Shown in pieces: positions 62,353-64,000 of a DNA stretch of 64,000 nt. Position numbers and translations under genes: made by a program. The notes under the pieces are model-generated. The model saw only the letters and a list, made by a program, of their open reading frames with translations. It was not told where the DNA came from and made no database searches. Position 1 is the stretch's first letter, and every line of letters begins with the position of its first letter. Source of the DNA: Xylographa opegraphella (taxonomy: Eukaryota); assembly GCA_022813865.1 (NCBI GenBank), contig JALDZX010000017.1, positions 62,001 through 126,000 on the forward strand. The letters are read 5' to 3'.

Positions 62353-63224
62353 AGTGAAGATAGTCTGCAAGTAGTCCTCCTTCAGCTTGTGCGTGAGATA
62401 TTGAGAATGGCTAACTTCAAGCCGAAGACAGTCTCGAGATACTACGAGAAGAGGCACAACAATCGACGTCTTCGAAAAGTTTGAAGCAATATCTCCTAAG
62501 CTACGGATTAGACTGATGCTAACAGGTGTTGATTCACAACCAATGATGTTCCTCGTATAGAGCGATGATACGGCGGCTCGACGGTTCCGATGCTTAGTCA
62601 CGGACAATCAACAGATCATCGCATTCAGCAATCAGTGTGACATTGAGTTATAAGATTGCCGATGCCTTGTACTCTTCCAAGGAGGCAGATTGAGTACATA
62701 GTCGTCCTCAGTCGTCGATAGACGTAGGACCAGATACATAGTAGCAAGGGTGGTAGACCAGGAGACCAGGTGGAGGAAGGCTAGAGTCGGACCATCTTTG
62801 ACCCGTAAGGCCTTCGGATAGTATGATCAGCAACCGAAGACAGGTCCGAGGACGCTCACCAATCAGACTCGACATTACAGGGTCATTTTACCTTATATTT
62901 TCAATTATTACAGGAAATGCCATTAACAGCTAAGACCATGTCTCTACAGTCTTAGATTGTTGAGGAACTAGAGCCTTCGTGTTAGAAAGTGAGGTCACTT
63001 GGGGCATGGAATATTGACTATTACGGAGTAATTAACTTGTTGCAAACACCCATTCTCATGTATCACGTCAACTTGAACATCTCATTCAATATGTCTATCA
63101 TATTTGTTGTGCTCATTTCAAAAACCTATTAGAGGCTGCGCTACTTCGTACACATTTCATGTCCTGATCGAAGTGTTTCAAACCATGAATTGTGAGCATC
63201 GGGTCAGTGAACCCAGACGATTCT

Positions 63225-64000
63225 TTACTCGGTTATGCCATGCTTCGCGTCACGAGTGGCTACATGGTTTCCTCCGGTGACCTCGGAATCATCCATGACA
63301 GCAGCCACTCTTTCAACCCTGCGCCGTGCATCTACCCAGATCATGAACTCACTGTAGGTTCGAGGCATTACTTTGATACTCTTTTCAAGCAAGAATGTGT
63401 AGTTGAATTGACCGGTGGGCTTCGTATGCCCATGCTCAATGTCTCTAACCTTAGAATCAACTCTGATTTGTACCTTTGTGAATGGGCTTTCCTTGTGGTC
63501 GACACCGGGGCTGGTACACACGTCAACGAGAGGTGGGTCTGTGTAAGCGACTGTAGCTGTGAGATACAAAACTGATCCCACAGGTACCGGATTGTCAAAC
63601 GTGCTCGGATCGAGGCTGAGAAAAGCTGGTCGCGAGTGCGAGAAGGATGCAGCACAGCAGAACGCCAATTCGAAGGTCGCCTTCAAAAGAAACCCACCAA
63701 AAATCATAAAGTTATGACGATTTCGGTATTGCGGTTGCATAATCTGTGACGAGTATAATCTTGTACTATCCATGTATACAACGTTATCAGGCTTATGCAC
63801 GGAAATGTTGGCATCTATTGGTAGTGGTAAGCTTTGGTCCGACGAGCGTGACTGTTTGTAAGAGACATGGCTGAAAAGCAGAGCCTACCGTGGTACTCGA
63901 GCTGCTTCAGCCACATGGCATGTATCAAGTCACTCTCCTCATCATTAGGTGTCTGCTTGCGCAGAGTTGTCTTTGAAAGCTCTTTTTTAGCATTGTAATT
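63225..64000 (-). CDS. Hotdog-fold acyl-CoA thioesterase (ACOT9-like), 5' part outside the window
   Basis: PNDEESDLIH..MQPQYRNRHNFMIFGGFLLKATFELAF..STFDNPVPVGSVL..TGQFNYTF..VMPRTYSE. Confidence 0.88.

Overview
Gene-dense, intron-containing genomic DNA from a filamentous ascomycete (Pezizomycotina, inferred from gene content and GT..CTRAY..YAG introns). The left 10 kb holds three membrane-transport genes: a PTH11-like rhodopsin-domain/FucP-type MFS fusion, a hexose transporter and a DHA1 MFS. A compact housekeeping block follows: VPS29, PHO81/nuc-2, a Ser/Thr-rich single-TM protein, mitochondrial uL3, COA1, a small membrane protein, DUF1763, DUF2293, a mitochondrial carrier, CCDC25/JLP2, ILV6, a Tag1-like protein, COX VIIc, ELP1, MVD1, heme lyase, a PEP12-like syntaxin and NDC1. 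The right part has a C2H2 factor with about 4 kb of non-coding flank on each side, YVH1, a VFA1-like gene and a truncated acyl-CoA thioesterase. I saw no tRNA, rRNA, transposon or CRISPR. The most notable observations are: an obligatory one-nucleotide exon in the CCDC25/JLP2 gene; the receptor-like/transporter fusion, with a tandem splice donor that toggles a stop codon; a structured carrier-gene intron with mutually exclusive pairings plus uORFs; and a start codon split by an intron in PHO81. All gene models were assembled by eye and family names come from recognised motifs, not database searches.
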